Shown piece by piece: positions 1 to 10,662 of a DNA stretch of 64,000 nucleotides. The notes beneath the pieces are model-generated. The model saw only the letters and a list, made by a program, of their open reading frames with translations, ran no database searches and was not told the DNA's origin. Source of the stretch: Chiloscyllium plagiosum (lineage: Eukaryota); the NCBI RefSeq assembly GCF_004010195.1, contig NC_057753.1, forward strand, positions 5,131,513 through 5,195,512. The letters run 5' to 3'. A program made the translations under genes and the position numbers. Position 1 is the first letter of the stretch. Each line of letters begins with the position of its first letter.

Positions 1-120
1 AGGCTCCCAAGCACTGAGGATGTCACCTAGACAGGGGACGAAACGTCTGCAACACAAATTCCCAGTTTGGCGAACAGAACCACAACAACGAGCACCCGAG
101 CTACAAATCTTCTCACAGAT
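1..120 (+). mobile_element. Penelope-like element 3' terminus (pLTR fragment) carrying a hammerhead motif
   Basis: Related to the terminal sequence that follows the GIY-YIG fragment at 29610-30140 (CTGANGATGT-ACCTAG...GACGAAA). Confidence 0.7.
11..50 (+). ncRNA. Minimal type-I hammerhead ribozyme motif
   Basis: GCA-CTGAGGA-T-GTCACCTAGACAGGGGAC-GAAAC-GTC-TGC: CUGANGA and GAAA boxes, stem II GTC/GAC plus CCT/AGG, palindromic ACGT stem III, GUC cleavage triplet, GCA/TGC stem I. Confidence 0.7.
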
Positions 121-121
121 T

Positions 122-572
122 TTATAAACCTCAATAAAGTCAGCCCTCAGCCTCTGACTGGGGAAGAAAGCCCCAGCCTGTTCACCCTCTCCTTATAACT
201 CAAAACCACCAATCCCGGCAACCTCCTTGTAAATTGTTTCCACACTGTCTGAAGTTTAATCACATCTTTCCTACAGAACAGTATGCAGTATTCTAAAATG
301 GTCTCATCAATGACTTGCACAGCTGCATCATGACATCCCAACTCCTGTACTCAGTGTTGCCACCAATGAAGGTGAGTGTGCCCAACACCTTCTTCACCAC
401 ACTGTCTCTCTGCAACACCACTTCAAGGAACAATGCGGCTGCACCCCGAGGTCTGTTTGTTCAGAAACACTCACTCGGTCCCGACCATTAATTGTATAAG
501 TCCTGCCCTGGTTTGCATAACCAAAATGCAACACCTCACATTTTGATAAATTAAACTCCATCTGCCATTGTA
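122..572 (-). mobile_element. CR1-type LINE ORF2 fragment
   Basis: Minus-strand peptides WQMEFNLSKCEVLHFG and FTRRLPGL...SYKERVNRLGL. Confidence 0.85.
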
Positions 573-902
573 ACCTGGTATTTCGAGGACGTGAAGGTTT
601 GGGAGATTCTGTCAAAGTTCTGGTTAACTTGGAGGTAATATGAAATACTTCCCAGCCTTTCCCAATTCTCTCTGCCTTCTCCCATTGAGACTAAAGCAGG
701 CTGGGTGACAGGTTTACCTTCTGTGGTGCACATCACTTGGGCCTTGTTCCAACTTAACTATTTTGGTCGCTTTTGTGGATGTTCTCTCACACCCTATTTT
801 CTGTTTTAAATCAATTTGCAGGGTATGATAAGAGGCAGATTTGTATTCGGGAAACTGAAACTCAACAGTATGTTGTAACCTGAAAATCGTCAGATTTGGA
901 AA

Positions 903-1865
903 ATGGAAGGAAAAAACACCATTCACAGTGGTGAGAAATCATACACGTGTTCTGTGTGTGGACGAGGCTTTAACCAGTCATCTGGCCTGTCAGGACATAA
1001 ATGGAGTCACCGTGGGGAGAAACCATGGAAGTGTGCGGACTGTGGGAAGGGATTCATTTCCCCATCAAGGCTGGAAGCTCATCGACGCATCCACACCGGG
1101 GAGAGACCATTCACTTGTACTGAGTGTGGGAAGGGATTCACTCAGTTGTCCCACCTGCTGTCACACCAGCGAATTCACACTGGGGAGAGGCCATTCAGCT
1201 GCTCCGAGTGTGGGAAGGGATTCACTCAGTCAACCCACCTGCTGACACACCAGCGAGTCCACACCGGGGAGAGGCTGTTCACCTGCTCCAAGTGTGGAAA
1301 GGGGTTCACAGCCTCGTCTATCCTGCTGAGACACCAGCGGGTTCACTCTGACGAGCGACCTTATAAGTGTCCGGACTGCGGGAAGTGCTACAAAAGCTCT
1401 GAGGAATTGATGTCCCATCAACGTGTTCACACTGATGAGAGACCGTTCAGATGCTCTCACTGTGGGACAGGATTCAGGTTATCATCACATCTCACTGTCC
1501 ATCAGCGAGTTCACACTGGGGAGAGGCTGTTCACCTGCTCTGAGTGTGGGAGGGGATTCAGTGAATCATCTACCCTTCTGAGACACCAGCTTGTCCACAC
1601 CAATGAGAGATTGTTTAAATGCCCAGACTGCGGCAAGTGCTACAAAAGCTCTGGAGACCTGATGTCCCATCAACGCATTCACACTGACGAGAGGCCGTTC
1701 AGATGCTCTCACTGTGGAACTGGGTTCAAGCACTCATCTCACCTCACTGTCCACCAGCGAATTCACACCGGGGAGAGACCATTTACTTGTTCACAGTGTG
1801 GGAAGGGATTCACTCAGTCAGCTCATCTGTTAAGACACCAGCAAGTTCACAAGCAGTTACAGTGA
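903..1865 (+). CDS. C2H2 zinc-finger protein, 11 tandem fingers, no visible effector domain
   Basis: 320-aa ORF with 11 CxxC-x12-HxxxH units and TGERPF-type linkers; splice-acceptor-like TTTGCAG at 815-821 upstream. Confidence 0.93.
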   Translation: MEGKNTIHSGEKSYTCSVCGRGFNQSSGLSGHKWSHRGEKPWKCADCGKGFISPSRLEAHRRIHTGERPFTCTECGKGFTQLSHLLSHQRIHTGERPFSCSECGKGFTQSTHLLTHQRVHTGERLFTCSKCGKGFTASSILLRHQRVHSDERPYKCPDCGKCYKSSEELMSHQRVHTDERPFRCSHCGTGFRLSSHLTVHQRVHTGERLFTCSECGRGFSESSTLLRHQLVHTNERLFKCPDCGKCYKSSGDLMSHQRIHTDERPFRCSHCGTGFKHSSHLTVHQRIHTGERPFTCSQCGKGFTQSAHLLRHQQVHKQLQ

Positions 1866-2797
1866 TTGGATTTGGTTTTTAATTCCGACACTAGAAGCGT
1901 TGATAACTGATAAAGAGAGAGTATTGGATAGTCTGTCTGTCCTTAAAGTTAGCAAGCCACTGGCTTATTATGATGGAACCAAAGATACTGAAGGAAGTGA
2001 ATTCCAGACGCCATGTCCTCATTTAAACAGATGATGTAAAAATAAGCCCACCAACTGCAGGTCAGTTGGTGAAACTTCAGTGCTTCGGAAATTGCGAGAA
2101 ACGATTTAGGTCAAAATTAACAGTCATGTGGACAATCACGGAGGGGAGTTACCATAGCTCTTACAAGGGAAAGCCCCATTTTAACAAACATATTGGAGTT
2201 TTTTCACAGAAGTTATGGAGCAAGCTGATCACGGCAATGCAGCTAATGCACGTGGACTTGCAGAAGGCATATGAGACAGGGAAACACACCAGATGTTGTG
2301 AGCAAAGTTGGAGCTAACGGCATAAAAGGGATAGTAGCAACATAGATACAGGAAACTCAGAGTTGTAGGTAGCGCCTTTTTCCTGGAATATTGACAGGTT
2401 TGTAGTGGAGGTCCCACGCATTTAGAGCATTTACTTTTCCTAACATATGTTGTCACTTTAAAAGCAATTTCCGTACATGTTTATCTCCAAGTATGTATCT
2501 ATTTAGTGAATATTTAATACATATTAAACAGACGAAAAAAGAAGCTGTGATAATCATGTGTCTGGACTTAGTAAACATTTGGAAATATCTTCAAAGGTTG
2601 AAGGACAATCAGCATCACATGAACCTCCTCATCAGATCCAAATATTAAAATATTCTGTTATAAACTGCCACAGAGTCAGATTGTCTCTGATGTAAACCTC
2701 AACACAGAAGAATTACAAGTTATTCCTTTCTTGGAAGGGAATACATGAATCTCTCTGCTTAGTTTCTGAGATGGCCCATAACCAATTGTCTGTCTGC

Positions 2798-3000
2798 AAT
2801 GATGTGGAGGTGCCAGTGTTGGACTGGGGTGGACAAAGTTAGAAGTCATACAACACCAGGTTATAGTCCAACAGGTTTATTTGAAATCACAAGCTTTCGG
2901 AGCACTGGTCCTTTGTCAGGTGAAGTCATGATACTGACATGAAGTGATTTCAAATAAACCTGTTGGACTACAACCTGATGTTGTGTGACTTCTGACTTGG
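2798..3000. repeat. Short foldback repeat, probably a Penelope-like terminus (family also at about 5640-5695, 7125-7240 and 40470-40740)
   Basis: Inverted arms CAACACCAGGTTATAGTCCAACAGGTTTATTTGAAATCAC / GTGATTTCAAATAAACCTGTTGGACTACAACCTGATGTTG. Confidence 0.6.
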
Positions 3001-3837
3001 TCTATCTGCAAAGCATAATTGAATCTTGCGTTTAACAGTTTTCAACCACACCACCTCCCACATGCAGAAGCCGGGTCACACGACACTCAGTGCTGCATTT
3101 GACTAATGTTTAACAATCAGTCAAGGGGTCAGTTTTGCTTCATAACAATTTCAAAACCCATAACTGCTAAGTGGTTTGGTGTGAGTGGCCTGTACAAAGC
3201 AGCAAAGTACAGCAATTTAGTGTCCTCTGCAAGGAATCAATGTCCTTTCCTTAAAACAATGAAGTAGAAATTAGATTCCTGCAACACTCTTGAGATGACT
3301 TTCAAAGAAACATCAAAAGAAGAATGTGTCCACAACTCCTGAATTGTCAAGCCAATGAACCAAGCCCACAAAGGAATTCCAGACTACTAACTTCAGCTGT
3401 TTTTTTTTGTTGGACATTGTTAATTTGGTAACACTTGGTTGTTTTTATACTACTGTGATTGCTCGATTAACATTCTCTTTATCCTTTTCAATTTGTATCT
3501 CCCCGTGCAATTTTGTGAGCTTGCTCGTGTCACAAAGTAACTCTCCCACCAAGTCTGAAAATATGTCAAATACACTCTATTTCTGATGTAATGTTTACAA
3601 TGTAATGTTTGCGGCTCTTACAAAGTCACAGAGTGTAAACAAAGGCCGTGGAGAAACACAGACATTCTTTCACTCTTTTATTAAACGACCTGCATTGACA
3701 GCTGGTGAAGACACGAAGAGAGATTAGTTTTAAAACTTGTAATTCGCTATAACATCAGTAAAATCAGTCGACAAAAGTCGTCATTGGTCTCAATCCGAAA
3801 TAGAAATCATTTTGGTTTGACTGTGTTACACTGGTGT

Positions 3838-4022
3838 CAAGATTAGAGTGGTGCTGGAAAAGCACAGCAGGTTCGGGCAAAAGCCCTTCATCAAGAATGA
3901 GCTAATTCTTGATGAAGGGATTTTGCTCAACGTCAATTTTCCTGCTCCTCGGATGCTGCCTGACCTGCTGTGCTTTTCCAGCACCACTCTAATCTCCAGC
4001 ATCTGCAGAACCCACTTTTGTC
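3838..4022. repeat. Short foldback repeat with degenerate hammerhead boxes
   Basis: GTGGTGCTGGAAAAGCACAGCAGG ... CCTGCTGTGCTTTTCCAGCACCAC inverted arms; same family as 55077-55280. Confidence 0.75.
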
Positions 4023-4339
4023 TGATATAGGCGGTTAGTCTGACCAGTTAGGGCTGCAACAGTGGTATCTTCCTGACAATGTGGACAATTGCCGAGGCAA
4101 ATTTGCCTGATCAGTCCAGCCCTACCCATCAGCGAACTGTTGGAAGTCTTAACTAAGAAATAGCACTTACGCAGCAGTAACCTGCTTCCCAGTTTGGGTT
4201 TTGGCCAGGCCCACATGGGTTCTGCCTTCAATATAGCCTTGGTCAAAAGGCAATCTTTTGTGATGGTCAAAAGAGATGAACTCAAAAGATGAGATGTGAG
4301 TGACTGATCTTAGCATCAAGGCAGCAACTCTCCTAAGGG

Positions 4340-4810
4340 GCTGGCATTAACTGCATACTTTTCTCATGCATCACCTCACACTTGTCTGGATTAAAATCCA
4401 TCAGCCATTTCTCTGCCCAACTATATCCTGCTATATCTTTGGTAACCTACCTCACTATCCACAACTCCAGCAAATTTCATGTCATCTGCAAACCAACTAG
4501 TCAAATCACCTACATTTTCATCCAAATAATTTATCTACATATATATTACAAACAACAGAGCTCCCTGCACTGATCCTGGTGGAACACAACTGGTCACAAA
4601 TCTCAGGCAGAAAATAGCTGTCCACAACTACCCTCTGGCTTCTATGATCAAACCAATTTTGTACCAATTTACCAACTTACTATGGATCCCATGCAACTTT
4701 ATCTTCTGGACCAGCCCACCTTGAGGATCTTGTCAAATGCTTTCAAAATGTCCATGTCGACAACATCCATTGCTCTACCCTGCTCAATCATATTTGCCAC
4801 TTCCTCAAAA
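4340..4810 (-). mobile_element. Degraded CR1-type LINE RT fragment
   Basis: Reverse complement of FADD and GVPxGS regions (GTCATCTGCAAAC, CACTGATCCTGGTGGAACAC). Confidence 0.7.
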
Positions 4811-4811
4811 A

Positions 4812-5125
4812 GCACAGTGGCTCAGTAGTTAGCACTGTTTCCTCACAGTGCCTGTGACCCAGGTTTGCTTCCACCCTTGGACTGGAGGTTGGAGTTTGCA
4901 TGGAGTTACCTCCCACAGTCCAAAGATGTGCAAGTCAAGTGGATTGGACCAGGCTAAATTGCCTGTGGTGTCCGGCGATGTGCGGGCGAGGTGCATTAGC
5001 CTTGGAGAAGTGCTGGATTGCAGGGTCGGGGAAGGGAGGGGTGGATCTGGGTGGGACACACTTCAGGCGGTCAGCGTGGACATGATGGCCCGAACAGCCT
5101 GCTTCCGCACTGTCGGGGTTCATAA
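4812..5125 (+). mobile_element. HE1-like SINE (degenerate)
   Basis: GCACAGTGGCTCAGT A-box-like start, TCCCACAGTCCAAAGATGTGCA core. Confidence 0.75.
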
Positions 5126-5189
5126 TGGAAGGTCTACGTTGTGTGTGTAGTTTTTTGATTTGGCATTGCTAATTAAGCCTCCCATCCCC

Positions 5190-5600
5190 GGTCCGTCGCA
5201 GCGGTAAAGTACGAGCGGAGCCTGACACATGGCGGATCGCTGACCCAGCATTCCGTGCGGGCGGGAAAGCCCCCTATCCACAAAGAGGAAGAGCGGGTGC
5301 GCAGGCGCAGTGCTGAACCGAGGACGGGGACTGCACAAGGGAGAGGGTGATGCTGGTGAATGGAGGGATGTTCCTCCCGATGCACAAGCGGAAGAGGATG
5401 AGGTCCAGCGGGCTGCTCCCGACACTTTGACGGGGAGGCATCGTTATCGTTTTTTTGCAAAACCTGGAAAAAACTTGGAAGTTTGCCCCGAGTGACGGGT
5501 CAAGTGGCTGCCTCCTACCTACAGGGGCACCCCCCCACCCCCCATGGTGTGGCTGCCATCTTTATTGAGGGCACTGGGTGGTAAGGTGCGTGCCTTTTGT
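5190..5600 (+). promoter_or_regulatory. CpG-rich promoter/first-exon-like segment
   Basis: NRF1-like TGCGCAGGCGCA at 5298-5309, YY1-like CTGCCATCTT at 5553-5562; resembles 25600-26000 in reverse orientation. Confidence 0.55.
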
Positions 5601-5696
5601 TTTTTTGTTAGGGGGCAATGTTTGGAATGACCGGGTCACAGTCCAACAGGTCTATTTGGAAGCACAAGCTTTCGGAGTGCAGCTCCTTCGCCCCTG

Positions 5697-6628
5697 CGTT
5701 TGACAGGACTTGAATGCAAAAACAGGGATGTGCTTCTTGAGGCTCTGCTCAGGCCCACGTTTGGAGTATTGTTGCACGGTTTTGGGCTCCACATTCTCAG
5801 GAAGAATGTACTGGCCCTGGAGCGTGTTCAGAGGAGGCTCGCGAGAATGGTCCCAGGAATGAAAAGCTTGACATATGAGTACCATTACATAGATTCCCTA
5901 CATGTGGAAACAGGCTCTTCAGCCCAACAAGTCCACACCAACCTTCTGAAAAGTAATCCACCCAGGCCCATTCCCCTATCCTATATTTACCCCCATATAA
6001 TGCAATTAACCTATACATCCCTGAGCACCATGGGCAATTTAGCATAGAAAATTCACCTAACCTACACATTGTGGGAGGAAACCAGAGCAGCCAGAGGAAA
6101 CCCATGCAGACACAGGGAGAATGTGCAAACTCCACACAGTCATCTGAGGCTAGAATTGAACCTGGGCCCTTGGCACTGTGCAACATCAGTGCTAACCACT
6201 GAGCCACTGTGCTGCCCCATTTGAGGTCTAGATTCAATGGAGTTTAGAAGGATGATGGGAGATCAAATTGAAACTGACAGAATTCCGAATAGCCTGGACA
6301 CAGTGGACGTTGGGAAGATGTTTCCATTGGTAGAAGAGGCTAGGATCCAAGCACACAGCCTTAGAGTTAAAGGAAGACCTTTTACAATGGAGTTAAGGAG
6401 AAACTTCTTCAGTCAGACAGCGGTGAATCTATGGATTTCATTGCCACAGAAGGTTGTGGACCCAGGTCACCGAGTATATTTAAGACTGAGATGGATAGGT
6501 TCTCGAGTATCAACGGGTTCAAGAGTTATGGGGAGAAAGTGGGAGAACAGGGTTGCGACTGAATGGCAGAGCAGACTTGATGGGCTGAATGGCCCAGTTT
6601 CTGCTCCTATGTCTTATGGTCTTAGGTA
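5697..6628 (+). mobile_element. CR1-type LINE 3' fragment interrupted by a minus-strand HE1-like SINE (about 5885-6219)
   Basis: Peptides LERVQRRLARMVPGM and EFRRMMGDQIE...NFFSQTAVNLW on either side of the SINE. Confidence 0.85.
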
Positions 6629-7240
6629 ACTAGTGGGGCAGGATCATAGAACACAGAATTTATAAGTAAAAGATCCAAATCTCATTCAACTGATGCAGTG
6701 TTTTGAACAAACCTCAATTGCTGTTAAGTCTTTAATCACTTAGAATGGGGATGCAAGTTTCAATTGATTAATATGTAAATCCCAGCATTTCTTTTAAATC
6801 ACAGCCCTGAGATACCTTAAGGTTTTATCAGTATATTAAAAAAAGATGTCTCAGCTCAGACAATGCATTAAAGGTATGAGGTTAGTGCATTGTCTGAGCT
6901 GAGATGTCACTTTTTTACTGTACAGATAAAACCTTAAGTTATCTCAGGGCTGTGGCTTGAAAGAAATTCTGGGTTTTACATATTAATCAATTGAAACCTC
7001 CATCCCCAATCTGAGTGATTAAACACTTAATATCAATCTAGGTTTGTTCCATACACCGCATCAGTTTTATGACACTTTGATCTTTTTACTATAAATTGTG
7101 TCCTATGATCCTGCCCTACTTAGCTACCTGATGGAGCATTTTCTGAATGCTTGTACTTTCAAATAAACCTGTTGGTCTATAACCTGGTGTTGTGCAATTT
7201 TTAACTTTGTCTACTCCAGTCTAACACTAGCATCTCCCCA
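6625..7240. repeat. About 500-bp imperfect inverted repeat, probably a Penelope-like terminus with inverted copy
   Basis: Arms about 6625-6870 and 6883-7130, e.g. TCTCAGCTCAGACAATGCA / TGCATTGTCTGAGCTGAGA. Confidence 0.75.
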
Positions 7241-9504
7241 TCATGGAATGACCAGCAGGACTGCCCATTGTTCAGAACGGCGACAACATGTCTATCAAGC
7301 TGCAAGAGCTTTTCACACATCACTTTATTGATGAGGCACAGCAGCAACACAGAAGGGAAGAAAAGGAACTAAATTCTTCCTTCTGAGTCGCACCACCTCA
7401 TGGGACTTGCTGTTCAATGCATCCAAAAAATTGTCGCTCTGTTCAATCACATGGAGGCTCTGAGCAGAAACTCATGACCCTCATGGGACTGCTGACAGCG
7501 ATGAGGGGCAATGTGCATCAGGGAGCATGTCCAGTCACCCTGGCCAGAAAGAGGGAATCTTCTGAATATCTCCAACCTGGACTGAGAGTTTTTTGAATTT
7601 GAAAACTCCTTTGACAGGGGCTTGAGAAAGGGATGATTTACACACAGCAAACTCAAACTGCAAGAAATGTTTGTCACTTCTGAATGTCTATCCTGGACTG
7701 ATAGTGATGGGTTTTCTGAACTTTGATTTGCAGCGCATTACAAGAGAATTTGCTGACAAGAAAATGAAACCATAAAATCTGACAGAATCACTCAATTCTT
7801 CAGGACATTGATATTATCAGTCTTTGAGGTAAACATTGAGGGCCAGTTCATTACCACTAGATGCATAACATATTTTCCTTACACCCCCTATCCACCTGCC
7901 CTACAGTGTATCTTAAATCTAGCATGCTGACAATGGGACTAGATTAATTTAGGATATCTGATTGGCATGGATGACTTGGAATGAAGGGTGTGTTTCCATG
8001 CTGTGCAACTCCATGACTCTGTCACATATTAGTTTCATGATCAACTAATGGGAATAGCTTTTTACTTCACCTAAATGTATCCTAAACCCCAGTGCGTCTA
8101 ACATTTTGCAACTCAAGTACCCCCCCCCCTTCCCCCACAAATGAATCATTCTGGTAAATCTCCTCTGCTCCCTCTCAGGGACTTTCCCATCCTTCACAAT
8201 GTGTGGCGACCCCTGGTTTGCGCAGATCCAGATGCTCTGTGTTCTTGTGCACAAAGTCATCACACCGCATGCTGACATTGTCCTCGGGCATTTCCTCAAA
8301 CGTAACTTTTTTTTTCTCTCTGACTCCAGTGTTTCTGATATCTTTCAGACTGCAGGCTCCAGCGGAAGGTTTTCAAAATGGGAACAGCAATTGTTTCAGA
8401 GATGACTGTTTGTAAGCATTCCTCGAAAGTTTCGAAGTTTTAGTGCTGCACTGTATTATCTGTGAGAGTTCCCAAACTTCAGAGTCTGGTACGGATTCTA
8501 TGCTGTGGATCTGAATCCATGTCTGTTGATGGCTCTGTTTGACCTGTACTCTCCCTGATTGCATCTATCGCTGTGCAACTTCCTCTGTCTCTAATAATGG
8601 GTGCATTGTAACTCTGTTTATTAGTTTGCTGTTACTTTGACTGAATGTATTTAAATGCTATCTGTCCACTGACCTGCTCCAAACATAGGTATTGTTCTCT
8701 GGTTTTCTACAGTCTTCCAGTTTTGAGCTGATATTGAACATAAAATTCTGCACCATTTTTAACTGCTTGTAATTCATTCTGCTCCCACTGAAAGGTTAAC
8801 TTGTTTCCTTTCGCCGCAGATTGCCTGACCCATTGACTACTTACAGAATTTGCATGCTTGATTTCAGATTTCCAGCGGCTGTGATGTTGTGCTATCGTCG
8901 TATCCCAGGCCTCCTGAGTAAGAGCTTTTCAGAAAAGGGTGGTTTTCAGCCTGTCGTGGCTGCGTTGGCTCTTGGCGAGAGTAAGACAAGCTCATCCTAC
9001 CCTTCACTAACCGGTCCAGCGCATATTGCCAAAATACAGTTGCGCACAGAGAAGAGAGTGTTTGCCTATCTTAAGTCGCTGCAGTCCGTGTGGTGAACGA
9101 GCTTCCAAAAATTCTGTTAGGTAAGAGGTTAACAGAATTTTCACCCAGAGAGGATGAAGAAGGGTGATATATATCCACATAATTAACACAGTAAATGAAA
9201 TCTGGCCAGTGTGAACTCATTGCTGAGAGGCCTGGAGATGATGGTCTTCCTGACCAGCAGCTGCTTTTATCTTGTTCGGTGGTGAGGTCAATGGGTTTGG
9301 GAGATTTGCCAAATTTTGCAGGGCATTCGATTCCTCATCACAGAATCATATTGAGGCACTTCGATTCTGTACCATGATAAAGATACTGTTCCCACTTGCC
9401 CACACTAGACCCATTGTTGCAAATGGGTGAAGTCAGTCTCCTGCTCCCCTCCCCAGTCTCTCTGTCTGGTCCCAGGGTCTTGTTCAGGCCCATTGGGTTG
9501 GCAG

Positions 9505-10340
9505 TTGAAAAGGGTGTTGCTGGAAAAGCACAGCAGGTCAGGCAGCATCCAAGGAGCAGCAGAGTCAACGTTTCAGGCGTAAGCCTGAAATTCAGAAATT
9601 CCTGATGACGGGCCTACGCCCGAAACTTGACTCTTCTGCTCCTCGGAGAAAGCGAGGACTGCAGATGCTGGAGAGTCAGCGTTCAGGGTGTGTTGCTGGC
9701 AACGCAGAGCTGATTCCTGAAGAAGGGCTTTTGCCCGAAACGTCGATTCTCCTTCTCCTTTGATGCTGCCTGACCTGCTGCTCTTTTCCAGCATCACATT
9801 TTTAAGTTCTGATCTCCAGCATGTCAGATTAGATTAGATTACTTACAGTGTGGAAACAGGCCCTTCGGCCCAACAAGTCCACACCGCCCTACCGAAGTCT
9901 CACCCATACCCCTACACATCTACCCCTTACCTAACACTATGGGCAATTTAGCATGGCCAATTCACCTGACCTGCACATCTTTGGACTGTGGGAGGAAATT
10001 GGAGCACCCGGAGGAAACCAACGCAGACACGGGGAGAATGTGCAAACTCCACACAGTCAGTCGTCTGAGGCGAGAATTGAACCCGGGTCTCTGGTGCTGT
10101 GAGGCAGCAGTGCTAACCACTGTGCCACCCTCTGCAGTCCTCACTTTCTCCCAACGCAGAGCGGGGTCAGGCAGCATCCGAGGAGCAAGGGGGGGGAAAT
10201 CGATGTTTCGGGCATTAGCCCTTTCATCAGGAATTAGGGTTGCTTCCTGATGAAGGGCTTATGCCCGAAATGTTGATTTCCCCCCCCTTGCTCCTGGGAT
10301 GCTGCCTGACCCTGCTGTGCTTTGCCAGCGCCGCACTTTT
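9505..10340. repeat. Cluster of short hammerhead-bearing foldback repeats with a nested HE1-like SINE (9824-10130, minus)
   Basis: CTGANGA-NGGGC-N4-GCCC-GAAA motifs at 9602, 9717 and 10247 (+) and about 10200-10232 (-); the SINE splits CTCCAGCAT|CTGCAGTCCTCACTTTCTCC. Confidence 0.8.
9712..9749 (+). ncRNA. Minimal type-I hammerhead ribozyme motif
   Basis: GATTC-CTGAAGA-AGGGC-TTTT-GCCC-GAAAC-GTC-GATTC: intact core, 4-bp stem II, GUC site, stem I with 4 of 5 pairs. Confidence 0.7.
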
Positions 10341-10662
10341 AGGCTCTGACTCTCCTCGCGTTCTCCCCTTTGGGACGGCAAGTTCTGCCCTCGCCTGGAG
10401 AAGGTCGGTGAACCAGCCCAGCCGCTTTCATAGTCACTCCATCCCTTTGCAAATGACCGGCTTCGATCAGCGCAATTCCTCAACCCGCCTGTGCATTTTG
10501 TTTTTGTGGGTGTGTGGGTGTGGCTGTGGGTTGTCTCTCGCTGCACAGTTCTCATTTCTAATTCATTTCACAGGGAAGGATTGGCGGCGCCGGGTCTCGA
10601 AGCCAAAGCGTCGCATTCCGGAAACCCCCTTGGCAGGACCCAAACGCCGCCAGTGTTGGAAA

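Noticed and set aside
10240..10662. N-terminal extension of the 458-aa ORF
   Set aside because: Begins at a non-ATG codon inside the hammerhead repeat and crosses a splice-acceptor-like site.
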